Below are positions 13,485-25,959 of a stretch of 64,000 bases of DNA, one piece after another. The notes beneath the pieces are model-generated. The model was not told the DNA's origin. It worked only from the letters and a program-made list of their open reading frames with translations, and did no database searches. Source of the stretch: Podarcis gaigeae (Eukaryota); NCBI GenBank assembly GCA_964106915.2, contig OZ066920.1. One strand, given 5' to 3'. The translations under genes and the position numbers were made by a program. The number at the start of each line of letters is the position of its first letter. Position 1 is the stretch's first letter.

Positions 13485-14993
13485 TTTTACTATTTCTAGA
13501 ATTCTACATGGAATTTTGTCTCTTAAGTAGGGAATTGTTTGTAATATAAGTACACCTTTAAATGCAATCTGAAACAAATTTCTTCTCCATCACTTGTGTG
13601 CATCCTCTTCGCTTCCCAGTCCCTCACTATTCAGCATCATTGCTTTATTTTCTTTCTTTAAAAAGAAGTGAAAAACAACCCAAGAAAACCCATAGGAATA
13701 GTAGAGAGGGGATGCCTGTTGGTGAGGAGGGCTCATCAGATACAGATAAATTTGTTTCCAGAGGCTTCTAAGGAAATTGTGGTCTTCCTAAGTGTAATTC
13801 CTTGTCAGGGTACACATGGTTTGTCAATGTCTCCTTTATTGGATCAGGAGGCAGAGGGAAATACACTTGGCATGCTCTCTGGCAGGAAATTCCACTTCTG
13901 TGCATGTTCAGGAACACCATTTCTGGTTTGAGGTTAGATAGGACTCTCCTACCTCTGCCCACTGACAGTTACCACCAGCACCCCACACGTTTTCAAGGGT
14001 GATTTTATTTTTACTTGATAAAGGGAAGAAATGGCAGGGAGGTTTAGCTAATGGTACTGGTGAAACCCAGTTTATGCTTGAAATTAATTCAAAGAAAACT
14101 GGGTCCTTGCTGAATTAAAGTGATTTAAAAAGATGGGAGAGCTTATATTTAAAATCTTCTCATAGGACCTGGACTAAAGCTAGCTGCACTCTTTATAAAA
14201 GAGACAACATGTTATACATTATTATGTTATTTGCTATCTGTCTTTCACCCAGTTTAAACATAGCATTAATACCTCTATACTTTTGCATTATTCTGATTAA
14301 AAGGTTTCTGTAAAGGAATAAAATACTGAAAGACCAAACTAACCAATGGGCATATGATTAATGTGATCAAAATATTTTACCACTTTTATTTACAATAATG
14401 TAATGCAACTATTTCAAGCACCCAGTGTTCCCAATATTACCGGTAAATCATTTCCAGTTTCTCTTTAACCGTCATACAATTTTGTGTGAATCAAAGCATT
14501 CCCACCCCACCCGCTCCAATGCAGTTTTGATTCTGCAATGAACGTAGTTCCAGGACATTTTCACAAATGGTCACCCCTACAATATCTTCAAAGTTCATCC
14601 CCTACCAGCTACAGCTGTGTCAATAACTTGGCACAAACCATATAATGTTGTTTGGGGACATCTTTCTATCCCAGGACAGTTTTCTTGTGAGTTTCTTAAT
14701 AGGGTCAGAAACACATCTCACAAATTAGTGTTTTCTGGCTTGGGATGTTTGGACATTGTCAAGCACTCTTCTTCTGACACCACAGACACATATATTTTCT
14801 GGGATTCAAAATTCTACCCACACCTTATATTGGAAATCACATTGGGGTAGAAACATCCTCCCCCCAAAAAAGTTAGTGTGTTGCTGTTGTTTTCTGACAT
14901 AGGGTGAAGGTTCCAAGTTATAAGGAGTATAATGCAATCAATCTTACATTCGATTGCTTGCATTTTTAATTTGCTTTAACTTGTATTAATCTA

Positions 14994-15233
14994 CAGTGGT
15001 ACCTTGGGTTACATACGCTTCAGGTTACATACGTTTCAGGTTACAGACTGCTAACCCAGAAATAGTACCTCGGGTTAAGAACTTTGCTTCAGGATGAGAA
15101 CAAAAATCGTGCTCTGGCGGCATGGCAGCAGCTGGAAGCACCATTAGCTAAAGTAGTGCTTCAGGTTAAGAACAGTTTCAGGTTAAGAACAGACCTCCAG
15201 AATGAATTAAGTACTTAACCCGAGGTACCACTG
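14994..15233. mobile_element. Tc1/mariner-type MITE (240 bp)
   Basis: TIRs CAGTGGTACCTTGGGTTA / TAACCCGAGGTACCACTG, TA TSD; internal sequence matches 163-389. Confidence 0.85.
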
Positions 15234-15367
15234 TATTCTGTTGTGATTTTAACTTTCTGTGTGCTTTAAATTATGGTTGTCATTTTTAAAATATTATTTT
15301 TATCCATTTTTAATAATATAAAAGTTTAACAATGTAGAACATTTATATACTCTCAGTCTAAAAAATA

Positions 15368-15532
15368 GAAAACAAAAAATTCCTTCCAGTAGCACCTTAA
15401 AGACCAACTAAGTTAGTTCTAGGTATGAGCTTACGTGAACTAACTTAGAACTAACTTAGTTGGTCTTTAAGGTGCTACTGGAAGGAATTTTTTGTTTTGA
15501 CTATGGCAGACCAACACAGCTACCTATCTGTA
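15368..15532. mobile_element. Penelope-like element terminal fragment in inverted arrangement
   Basis: Perfect 53-bp inverted repeat (15369-15421 / 15446-15498); same sequence as 63876-64000; flanked by near-duplicated TCTA6-7TA. Family assignment from recall. Confidence 0.7.
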
Positions 15533-15617
15533 TCTAAAAAAATACAAATATACAGATTTCCATTGTTAAAACTGGACAAATCTCCATCAGTTATAAATTA
15601 TAACTGTCCCAAAAATA

Positions 15618-15887
15618 CAGTGGTGCCCCACAAGACGAATGCCTCGCAAGACGAAAAACTCGCTAGACGAAAGGGTTTTCCATTTTTCGAGGTGCTTCAC
15701 AAGGCGAATTTCCCTATGGGCTTGCTTTGCAAGACAAAAACGTCTTGCGAGTCTTTTTCCTTTCCCCCCCTTTTTCTAAGCCGCTAATAGCCGCTAAGCC
15801 GCTAATGGCCGTGCTTCGCAAGATGAAAAAACCGCTAGACGAAGAGACTCGCGGAACGAATTATTTTCGTCTTGTGAGGCACCACTG
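15618..15887. mobile_element. Tc1/mariner-type MITE, second family (270 bp)
   Basis: TIRs CAGTGGTGCCCCACAAGACGAA / TTCGTCTTGTGAGGCACCACTG, TA TSD, internal CAAGACGAA repeats. Confidence 0.85.
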
Positions 15888-16399
15888 TAATTAAGAAAGG
15901 GAGACTTTTGCAGATCCCATACCCATCTCGGCTTTTACATGGCTTTAGGGCAAGATGTAAATTCCTCAGCTCTCAAGTCACTTAACCCCCATCCGAGTTC
16001 CTAGGAGCTGACTGCTTCTTGGTCTCTTGACAACAGAAAACAGCCTTTTCAAAGCACCAGGGATTAATCTCTCGTTCACTCTTTTCCCCAAAATGAATAT
16101 GGGAGCCAAGAGACTTATGTCTGGCTATCATCAATCACCATGTAATTATCTCTGCTGGCAGACTGTCAACAAAAGATGTTCAATCCTCTATTTCCTTCCC
16201 CATAACACATAAAAAACTCTCCACAAACTTCCTAATATTTAGTTTGATGATAAGGAGAATTTCGCCAATAACTAAAAAATTTGCAAACTTCTTGAAGCAT
16301 ATACTATGTAGGATGTTTTTGTGTTTGTTCTTGCATATAATGTATCTTCTTAAAGAGAGAACATTAAAATAGCTACATATTCAAATTTAGTCATGCTGC

Positions 16400-16406
16400 A
16401 AAGAAA

Positions 16407-16451
<45 letters not shown>

Positions 16452-16453
16452 AA
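16400..16453. repeat. (GAAA)n microsatellite
   Basis: Direct tetranucleotide array. Confidence 0.95.
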
Positions 16454-16775
16454 ACAATTTAGCACTGTCTCCACTCAAACATACTATACTATGGTCCCAG
16501 ATCATCACCCTAAGTCAGCATGAAGATAGGCATCTGGATAATTCAGACTGAGGCTTCCATAATTTGCAGTTTTCTCCCTCAACAACTGCTGAAAAATCCA
16601 TCCCATTAGGTGGCTCTGCAGCAGTAGCAGCTCAGTATTACTCTCTACCTACCTTCCTGATAACATGGCATGAATTGTCTGGAGTGCCAGTTTGATAACA
16701 TCCACTGTTTACAAATAAACTCTCAAACAAGTGATAACACCAAATTCCCTATAAGGAACATGAAATATAACTCAC

Positions 16776-19205
16776 CGTGCTGTCATCTTCCTTTTCAGAA
16801 ATTAAATTACCTCCACTGACCATCAAAGAAATGTCAGACTTGCCATTGCAAAGGATGTTCTCTGCTATTTGGACAGTGGGCTGCAGGAATGTCAGCTCAT
16901 TCCTCCTGGATTCAGAGGACAGACAGACCTGGTAGGAATAAGGCAAAGTTCCGTCCTCATAGTTGGGTGGGAATATGGCACCAGCCTTTGAATGGGGGTC
17001 AGGAATAAAGCACTGAAGGAAAGTGGGGTTCCTTGACCTTCGAAGCTTCATCAGAATGGTCAGTATCACGGTCACCAGGAACAGAAAGGACACCAAGGTC
17101 AAGGCCAATACCAAATAAAACTGTAGATCAGACTGATACTCTGAGTCATTTGGTTGGGAGTTCATTTCCGGAAGAGCCTCCTGGAAGTTCTCGGCAAACA
17201 CCAGGCTCAACGTTGTGGTGGCTGAGAGAGGAGGATGCCCATTGTCCTTCACCAGGATGACCAGCCTCTGCTTCACAGCATCTCTTTCAAGTAATGCTCG
17301 GACTGTGCGCACCTCTCCTGTGTGGGAGCCAATGCTGAAGAGTGAGGGCTCTGTGGCCTGCAGGAGATGGAAGGAGAGCCAGGCATTGTGTCCCGAATCA
17401 GAGTCCACGGCCACCACCTTCGTCACCAGATAACCCGACTCAGCTGACCGAGGCACCATCTCAAAGAAAGGTGAGCCCTCTGTTGATTGTGAGGGGTACA
17501 GGATCTGCGGAGCGTTATCATTTCGATCCAAAACACATACTGTCACTGTGGCACTGCTATTGAGTGGTGGAGAACCTCCATCTTGGGCCTTCACTTGAAT
17601 CTGAAACTCCCTGAATTGCTCATAGTCAAAGGAGCGTTGGGCATAGATGATTCCGGTCTCAGAGTTAATGGAGACATAGGAGGAGAGAGGCAGGTCCTTG
17701 ATGTTGCTGTTAAGGATGGAGTAAGTGATTCTGGCATTGCGATCCAGATCTGGGTCAGAGGCCTTGACGTGGAAAATTGAAGCTCCAGATGGGTTGTTCT
17801 CTGGAACGTAGGCAGTGTAGGAAGATTTTTCAAAGGCTGGTGGGTTATCATTGATATCTGAGATCTGTATGGATATGGATTTGTGTGTGGAGAGTGGAGG
17901 TGTGCCTTTGTCTGTGGCTGTGATTGTAATATTATACTCGGGAGTCCTTTCTCTGTCAAGGGCACCATCTATGAGGAGCTTGAAATAATTATCTGAAGAT
18001 GAGACTATCAGGAAAGGTACAAGTTCCTTCAGGTGACAGGTGACTTCTCCATTATCCCCAGAATCCCTGTCCTGAACTTTAATGAGAGCAATCACAGCTC
18101 CAGATGTGACATCTTCCGGAACTAGGCTGGACACGGATGTAAGGATCACATCTGGAGCATTGTCATTCTCATCAAGAACCTCAATCTCCACATTGCAATG
18201 TGCTGCCAATCCTCCTCCATCACTTGCCTGAATTATCATCACATATTTTTGTCTATCCTCAAAATCAACACTTTCTATAAGTGTAATTGTTCCATCTCTG
18301 GGATCCAGATGAAACTTCTGCTCAGCTGTTTTTGGGATGTCACTGAAAGTGTAAGTGATCTCAGCATATGACCCTTCGTCACTGTCAGATGCTTTGACTT
18401 GAAGCACAGAGGTTCCTTTGGGTGCACTCTCCTTCAGGCTCACTTTATAGATTGTCTGGGTGAAAACAGGGGCATTGTCATTAATATCAACAACTGTTAC
18501 CAATATTTTGGCTGTTCCGGTTTTTGGAGGTTCTCCACCATCCATGGCTGTAAGTACCATGTTATGCATGTGTTCTTTTTCCCTGTCCAGTTGTTTCTGC
18601 AATATTAATTCTGCATATTTTCCGCCATCATTGCTGTTTTGAATTTCTAGTTTGAAATATGGAGTTGAGCTCAACTGATAATTCTGGAGGGAGTTTATTC
18701 CGATATCATCATCTTCAGCATTTCCAAGAGCAAATCGAGTTCCCGGCAGAGTAGATTCACTAAATTTAAGCTCAATATTTTCATTCCGGAAATGTGGAGC
18801 ATTGTCATTAGTATCCTGAATAAAAATATTTACGTGGAAAATATTCAAAGGATTTTGTGCTACAACTTCTAGTTTTACGACACAAGTAGATGATTCCCCA
18901 CAAATCTCTTCCCGGTCTATCCTCTCATTCACATACAGGTTGCCATTTTGTTCATTCAGATCAAAGAATTGCTTTTCTGAAGAAATACCAAGCTTGCGCT
19001 TTGACAGCTCTCTGACATCCAAACCCAGATCTTTAGCAAGGTTCCCCACAAAGGAGCCCTGCTCTGCTTCCTCTGGAACTGAATACTGAACCTTCTCAGA
19101 CACTACCTGGCAGCAGAACACAGACCAGAATATGAACAGAAACAGTACTTGCCTCTTGGTGATCTCCCTTGTTCTCTCTGCCTGCTTTACTTCCATCACA
19201 TCCAT
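16776..19205 (-). CDS. PCDHGB: Protocadherin gamma-B-like variable exon (exon 3), close paralog of exon 2
   Basis: Same gammaB hallmarks, offset 5990 bp from exon 2; donor ACG|GTGAGT at 16776/16775. Confidence 0.95.
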
Positions 19206-19440
19206 TGCCTTTCCTGATTTCTTCTTGCTTTCAGTACAGTTTTCAAGACTCCCAGTACACTTATTTGAGATAATATAAATATTCTTCTTTTCAGCTGATC
19301 CTTGGGAAACTGAGAGCTTTCCTTTCTTGAGCAGCTTTTAAAATAAAAGCTTTTCCTTTCTGCTCAGCTGATGTATTAAGAGAGAGAGAGAGCTCCAAGA
19401 GTCTCAAAAATGCTGAGCCATGGCTGCTCCCACGTTGTCC

Positions 19441-19475
19441 AACAGTGACACTCTGAGTTCACATGGGGAACTGTA
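19441..19475 (-). promoter_or_regulatory. Pcdh CSE / CTCF site (CACT core)
   Basis: Minus strand TACAGTTCCCCATGTGAACTCAGAGTGTCACTGTT, 236 bp upstream of ATG. Confidence 0.8.
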
Positions 19476-19777
19476 TTTGCTTATTTTCATGTTTATAATT
19501 CTATATTGCTATTTCCCCCTGATATCTATGGAGAATTGTGAATGACTTAAAATTCTTTCACTGGTTGTCCAAATGTACTTTAGTATCACTTGATCAGAAG
19601 TCACATAAGCTTAATTCAGATTTGTTTTTCATTGCATACAACTGTTATTTTAATATTTTTATTGCTTTTGCTGGTAGATGATAATGACACTTTAGGGTGT
19701 TTTTGATGTAGCATAAACACAAGCACTTGCCACCAGAAGAAAACCATACAATAATTCAGAAAGCCTACATCTCTGCC

Positions 19778-19990
19778 TAGGGCTGCCATACGTTTGGATT
19801 TCCCTGGACGTTACTGGGATTTCAAAGGCGGAATTGACATCTTGGGGGAATTTCCAAGAGTTGGCGCTTTGTCCTCGTTCTTATTCAAGTCAATCGCAAA
19901 ATCATGGTTTTAGGGGTGTTTTTGTCTAGAAAAAGCTCAACAAGTTTCAGGTTTTCCTAAAAACAATTGTGGGCTGCCCTGGCAACCCTA
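19778..19990. mobile_element. hAT-type MITE
   Basis: TIRs TAGGGCTGCCA / TGGCAACCCTA; 8-bp TSD TCTCTGCC / TCCCTGCC. Confidence 0.78.
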
Positions 19991-20494
19991 TCCCTGCCAG
20001 AATTCTGGTGATTTGGCCTTTATTTAATTATGAACTTGTTTAGCAAATTTAATTTTTGTATTTTGTTCTGTCTTTAAGATTTTGGTGCATTGTGTGCTTT
20101 ATTTCTGTTCTATTGGCCATAATAAAATGCTGAAAAAGAAATTTAAATTCACTTTAGCACAGGATAACTCTTTCATTCTTTAGTCTTATGCATATTCATT
20201 TGACATTTTTCTCATATGTTTGTAATCTTCCCTGTGGCATCTGGCTGGCCACTGCTGCACTAGAGGAAGTTTTGGGTGATACATCTTTCCTTACGATTCT
20301 GTGTGATGATTCCTAATTCCTTAGGTGGTGAATTATTCAATATTCTCCCTTTGACCTTTTTGGATGCTTTTCAATGGTATTTCACAAGAAGACACATATG
20401 ATCCTTTTGAATAATTGGTTTTTCATTTCTGTTTTCATAGTACTGGAAATTAATTCTATTCAACCTTTGCTAGTAAGATTTTATTACAGTTTTT

Positions 20495-20566
20495 ACATTG
20501 CAATCCTATACCAACTTACCTGAGTATAAACTCAATGAGACTTATATCTGAAGATAAAAGATTTGT
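20495..20566. mobile_element. Degraded short palindromic MITE (family of 46643-46724 and 59728-59817)
   Basis: TGCAATCCTATACCAACTTACCTGAGTATAAACTCAATGAGACTTATATCTGA shares ordered blocks with the 46643 copy. Confidence 0.6.
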
Positions 20567-21155
20567 TAGATGTATTGCGTTTTTGGATTGCTTTGGCATA
20601 TGTGGAAGTTTATTGTAATTAATCAGGAATGTTTATGACATGAAGAAAAAACTTCTACACAAGTGCACTCAAAGTGTGCACTACTCTGCCAGAATTTCAG
20701 TTTGTCAGACTGTAAACTGAAATGTAATAATTAATCGTAGTAGTAGTGGTAGTAACAGTAGTTGTTTTGAACTGAGAACTTTCTTTCTGCCATTATTGTA
20801 TCAGTGCAGAGCCATTCAGCGGAGAGGATTTGAGTGATTTGAGGGGGTCTAAGATATATCCAGAACTGCTTATATCCACTCTTGACTTGAACGCAATCAG
20901 ATTCGGAATGATTTTCTATCATTCTATCGGTCTTATTGTTGATATTAATTTGATAGGTTAAATTCTTATTACCTGAAAATGTGGAGTTATCAGTGAATAG
21001 TAACACCATTGTCCAGAATAGAAAGATTAGCCAAATGCACAGACTAAAACACAATGCATACACATAGCAAAATGAATCTATATTTGACTAATCCAGCAAG
21101 GATTATTTGACCAGTCCAGCAAGGTAGATTAGAGGATGGATGCCTCCTTCTGGCA

Positions 21156-21277
21156 CAGGCATCCCCAAACTCGGCCCTCCAGCTGTTTTGGGACTACAAC
21201 TCCCATCATCCCTAGCTAGTAGGACCAGTGGTCAGGAATGATGGGAATTGTAGTCCCAAAAACATTTGGAGGGCCTG
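21156..21277. mobile_element. Palindromic hAT-type MITE
   Basis: Internal hairpin TTTTGGGACTACAACTCCCATCAT / ATGATGGGAATTGTAGTCCCAAAA; CAGGC...GCCTG ends; 8-bp TSD TTCTGGCA / TTCTAGCA. Confidence 0.8.
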
Positions 21278-21985
21278 TTCTAGCACATGGCTCCTGGTAT
21301 GGGATTGGGAACTGTAATGCAGGCAGGATAGGGCAGCTATTTCAGCATGCAATGCCCACCAGCACTCAAAGTGCATATAGCAACACCCCCTTTCCTTCCA
21401 GGCTTAGAGGTACTTTATGCCTACTGTGAGCAATTATTACTTGCACCTAACTAGGCACAAGTTACACCTGTTTAAGAATAGTGGTTGGCAAAGAGAACCA
21501 GAAGATCATGTTATCACAGGAAAATGTATTTATTTGTTCAAAATAGGTTCAGCTCAGCTTTTAGTCCAGGGACTTCCAAAGCAGATCACAACTTGAATGA
21601 AAACAATTAATCAACCAACAGGGAGGTGGAAGAAATAATTGACAGTGTAATTGAACATAGAGGTCTTCACAGCCTGTCAGTTAGTGAGGGGGGCAATCAG
21701 ACTTCCCAGGGGGGAGGCATTCCACAACAGAACAGAACAGGGGGCCAGAAGTAATCTGCCAGGGGCCATATGCAGATGCTGGGCAAGAGAAAATCCAGTG
21801 GTGGACAGGGCTGAAGCCAAATGTGGGCACAGTTGGGGGGAGGGGCCAAGACAAAAAAATAGGCCACCCCTTTCCCCCCTCTTTCTGCTACCTTCCTTCC
21901 CCCTCTTTTCCCCTCCTTGCCACTCACCAAAGTGAGAAGACCACCCACTGTGCCTTCTGGCTTGTGTCTCAGGCAATCAGACCTT

Positions 21986-22160
21986 CAGTTGCCATGTTTC
22001 AAACAGTGAAAATCCGGACAGAAAAGTTGTTGGGCCAGATCGCAACTGCCAACATGGGCTGCCGTACACCCGGATTTTCCCTAACATTTTTCTGATTTCT
22101 GCCCAGATGATGCTGACAAATTCTGGATATGTCTGGGAAATTCTGGACATATGGCAACCA
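21986..22160. mobile_element. hAT-type MITE remnant related to 19778-19990
   Basis: GTTGCCAT...ATGGCAAC ends, TCCGGACA-like subterminal motifs, internal GGGCTGCCGTAC similar to the left end of 19778; no TSD seen. Confidence 0.5.
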
Positions 22161-22497
22161 GACAGAACACAGAGCAAGGCCTATGATGAGAAATAAATAC
22201 AGTGGGCAGGCTGGCTTGTGTAGGTAGCTTGCTCAAATATCCTGCACAGAGTCAAACCACAATAAATTTCAAATATAAAATCCTTACTGTCACGTAAGCC
22301 CCAGTGGTTTAAGAAAACACAGATTGAAACCAATAAAGATTTCCCTACTAGTAAAATAAGATACTAGCTATAAGTGAAATAAAATAATTACCAACACGTC
22401 TCGTTGCTTTGAAAAGGGTCAAGAAAAGAGATAAATGGGAAATTTATCCGTCAAGATTTATAATTACAATTACAATTAAAAGAAAAAGTTAGCACAC

Positions 22498-22852
22498 CCG
22501 GTCTCTGATTTCATTTCCATTGTTCCAATCTAAATCCCCATTAGCAAAAATAGGATCCTTTACCTCCTAGCCCTGATCATTGGTTGTAGTATGGAAATAA
22601 TTTGCCTTGGAAGTGTTAAACTTGTTCTTCCTAAAGGCAGTGTTAAGAGAAAGATCATCACCATAAGAGTAAACAAATGTTTGGATTCCATCAATAGCCA
22701 CAAACTGTGAGACAGGAGCACCACTGAAATTCACACTCCTTGACTCAAACAGCTGCAGTTTTCTTCATCTGTGCAACCTGATGACCACTAACACGAGGAA
22801 AGTGATGAACAAGCAGGAAACAAAAGCCACTGCGGTCACCAGGTAGATGAGA
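22498..22852 (-). pseudogene. Pcdh gamma-A relic: TM plus VCD only
   Basis: Translates [56 protein letters not shown]...KANYFHTTTNDQG*EVKDPIF...; stops at 22765-67 and 22567-69; decayed donor CGG|GTGTGC; no ectodomain upstream. Confidence 0.92.
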
Positions 22853-23300
22853 TATGGCTGATTCCCCACCCCACCCTGCCTCTGGTAGTGGTGTTTCTCT
22901 TTGGCAGGATCAGGAAGGTATAGGCAGTTTGGGAGACTGCACTGACAGAAGTGGAAGGTGCATGCAGCCCAGTGGTTGTCCACCTCTGACCTACAGCCAT
23001 GGAGAGAGAGCCCTTCTACCAAATGTTCTGGTAAACCTACCTGTTCTAGAGACCTTGTTAATCATTATTAAACAATGGCACTAGCAGCCTTCAGGAATGC
23101 ATCCTTAGCTTTAACTAAACATGCAAAGGAGGGGCCTCGGGAAGAGATGTGCAATCTACACCATGCTGTGGTTCTTCTTAGTTTCCCATTCCTGGATGGT
23201 GATTGCCTGAGCCAGGAAACCTTTTGTACTCAGGAAAGTTTCCTATGCATTTTAGAATACTGAGAGATCAAATGGAAAGTACTGAAATTTATGTGCTCAC

Positions 23301-25727
23301 CTGAGGGATTGCTGCCTCCTCCGTAACCGTGTTAGAATCACCTATGAGTAACACAGGGCCTGGCTTATCAGGAGCCTGCTGTGGGGTCAGAGTATTGGTA
23401 CAACTTCCGATTGGAAAAAGAATCTGACTTTTCCGAGAGCCTGAAGTCAGTGAAACCTCATGGCAATAAGACTGAAGAAATGCCCGGACTCCGTCAATCC
23501 CCACAAACTGTGAAACTGGTGCACCACTGAAATTCAAACTTGCATTATCACACAGCTGAGAATGTTTCCACCTGCGAAGTCTGAGTGCCAATAACACAAG
23601 GAGGAAGCTGAGGAACAAGCAGGAGACAAAAGCCACTGCAGTCACCAAGTAGAAGGTGAGATCTGACTGTGGGTCTTCAGATAATGGGACACTGCTCAGA
23701 TCAGTCAGCATGTCAGGGATGCTGTCAGCCAAGACCACAGTCAGAGTGGCTGAAGCAGACAGAGGTGGCTGCCCATTGTCCTTCACTAAAACCACCAGGC
23801 TTTGCTTGAGGGCATCTTTCTCCAGAAAGAAGCGAGCTGTCCTGATCTCTCCCGTGTGGAGCCCCAGAGTGAAGAGCCCTGGCTCGGTGGCCTTGATCAG
23901 CTGGTAGGAGAGCCAGGCATTCTGGCCAGAGTCCGCATCCACGGCCACCACCTTAGTGACCAGGTAGCCTGGCTCAGAGGAGCGAGGGGCCAGCTCTATC
24001 CCCGTGGAGCCATCAGTGGGAGGGGAAGGGTACAGGATTTGGGGAGCATTGTCATTCTGGTCCAGGATGAAGAGAGTCACTGAGACGTTGGAGCTGAGTG
24101 GTGGAGAACCTCCATCCTGGGCCTTGACCAGGAAATTAATCTCTCTGATCTCTTCATAGTCAAAAGAACTCAGAGCATAGATGACCCCTGTTTCAGAGTT
24201 AATGGAGAGGTATGAGGAGAGAGGGGAGCCGGTCACTTGACTTTCTATGATGGAATATGTTATTCTGGAGTTCTCTTCCCAGTCTGGATCATTTGCATTT
24301 AGAGAAAAGATGGATGCTCCTCTCTGATTATTTTCCATGAAAAATGACTTGTAATCTGATCTTGCAAAGTGAGGTGGGTTATCATTTGTGTCTAAAATGT
24401 GTAGAGCTATGATGGTGGCTGTAGAAAGAGAAGGCATTCCATGGTCAGTTACTGTGATGGTGATGTTGTAGTTTGCCACTTGTTCTCTGTCAAGGGGGCC
24501 ATCTGTCACCAAACTATAAAAGTTGTCTATGGATTGTTTTAGCTGAAATGGGAGGTTTCTGGGAATTGTGCATGTGACCTCACTATTGATTCCAGAATCT
24601 TGATCTTCTACATTTATAATAGCAATAACTGTTCCGGTTGATGAGTTCTCATGAATGGAGTTGGTCAGAAAGGTCACAGTTAATTCTGGCGCATTGTCAT
24701 TCAGATCTGTGACCATGATCACAACCTTTGACCTGTCACTTAGACCACCCCCATCCATGGCTTGCACCTCAAATTCATAGAAGGATGATGTCTCAAAGTC
24801 CAAGTTTCCCATGAGGGTTATTATGCCAGTTGTTGAATTTAAAAGAAACATTTGTGAATCCTTTTTTGTGGTTTTTTTGAAGGAGTATTTCACCTCTCCA
24901 TTGATTCCTTCATCCAGATCAGTGGCTTTGACTGCACAGACTATGGACCCTTTGGGAATGTTCTCCTCAATGCTGATTTCATAGACTGGTTGGCTAAAAA
25001 TTGGTGTGTTGTCATTTGCATCTAAAACAATGACTTGAATTTGAGCAGTGCCAGTCCTGACAGGATCACCCCCATCCATAGCCATAAGAATTAGATCATA
25101 AACTGGCTGTTCCTCTCTGTCCAAAGATTTTTCCAGCACCAGCTCAGCATGTTTGGGACCATTTTCTCCTGTTTGAACATCCAGAGAAAAATGCACGCTA
25201 CCTGTGAGTTGGTAATTCTGAACAGAATTTATCCCCAGATCTGGATCAGTAGCATCAGGCAGAGGAAACCGAGACCCTTTTATAGATATTTCATTAATTT
25301 TCACCTCCAGTTGTCCTGGAGGAAAGTGGGGAGCATTATCGTTTATATCAGTAATTTCCACTTCAACTCCATAAAGTTTTCTTTTACTCTCAACAATAAC
25401 CTGAAAATTTAATTTGCACTTCTCTGCCCATGCACAAATTTCTTCTCTGTCAATTCTCTCAGTGGTTTGTAAATGACCACTGTTGTAGTTCAAAGCAAAA
25501 TACTGAATCATACCTGTTCTGGTAAGAATCCGGAGCTCACGGTTTGAAAGATTATTTCCATCCATTCCTAGATCCTTTGCAATATTTCCCACAAAAGAGC
25601 CTTTCTGCATCTCCTCTGGAATGGAATAATGAAGTTGTGCAGAAACTGTCTTCAAAATGAACACCAAGATGAGGCATTGCAACAAGATTGTCTCTTTACA
25701 GCTCCATTGCTTCTGATTTTCTCCCAT
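23301..25727 (-). CDS. PCDHGA: Protocadherin gamma-A-like variable exon (exon 4)
   Basis: Intact SP-EC1-6-TM-VCD; donor CAG|GTGAGC at 23301/23300. Confidence 0.95.
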
Positions 25728-25924
25728 TTTCTTGCAACAGGATAAATGCCACTTATTCTGGCTCAGACGTTTTTGAGTATGAAATAAATGCTGTTGTTTT
25801 TTATTTAAAGTTGCTCCTATTACACTTCCGGCAATGTCTGTGCAAGTATGGTCATGCAGATATTTTCTGTTTATACATTAGAGAATTTAGGGAACTCCCA
25901 GTGTGTTCTGTAGGCAAATTGGTG

Positions 25925-25959
25925 AACAGCGACACCCAGAGGCTCAACTGAAAACTATA
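25925..25959 (-). promoter_or_regulatory. Pcdh CSE / CTCF site (CGCT core) with adjacent CCAAT
   Basis: Minus strand AGTTTTCAGTTGAGCCTCTGGGTGTCGCTGTT followed by CACCAAT, 198 bp upstream of ATG. Confidence 0.88.

Noticed and set aside
20731-21063. 110-aa minus-strand ORF
   Set aside because: No recognisable domain; possibly a decayed LINE end, which I cannot support by eye.
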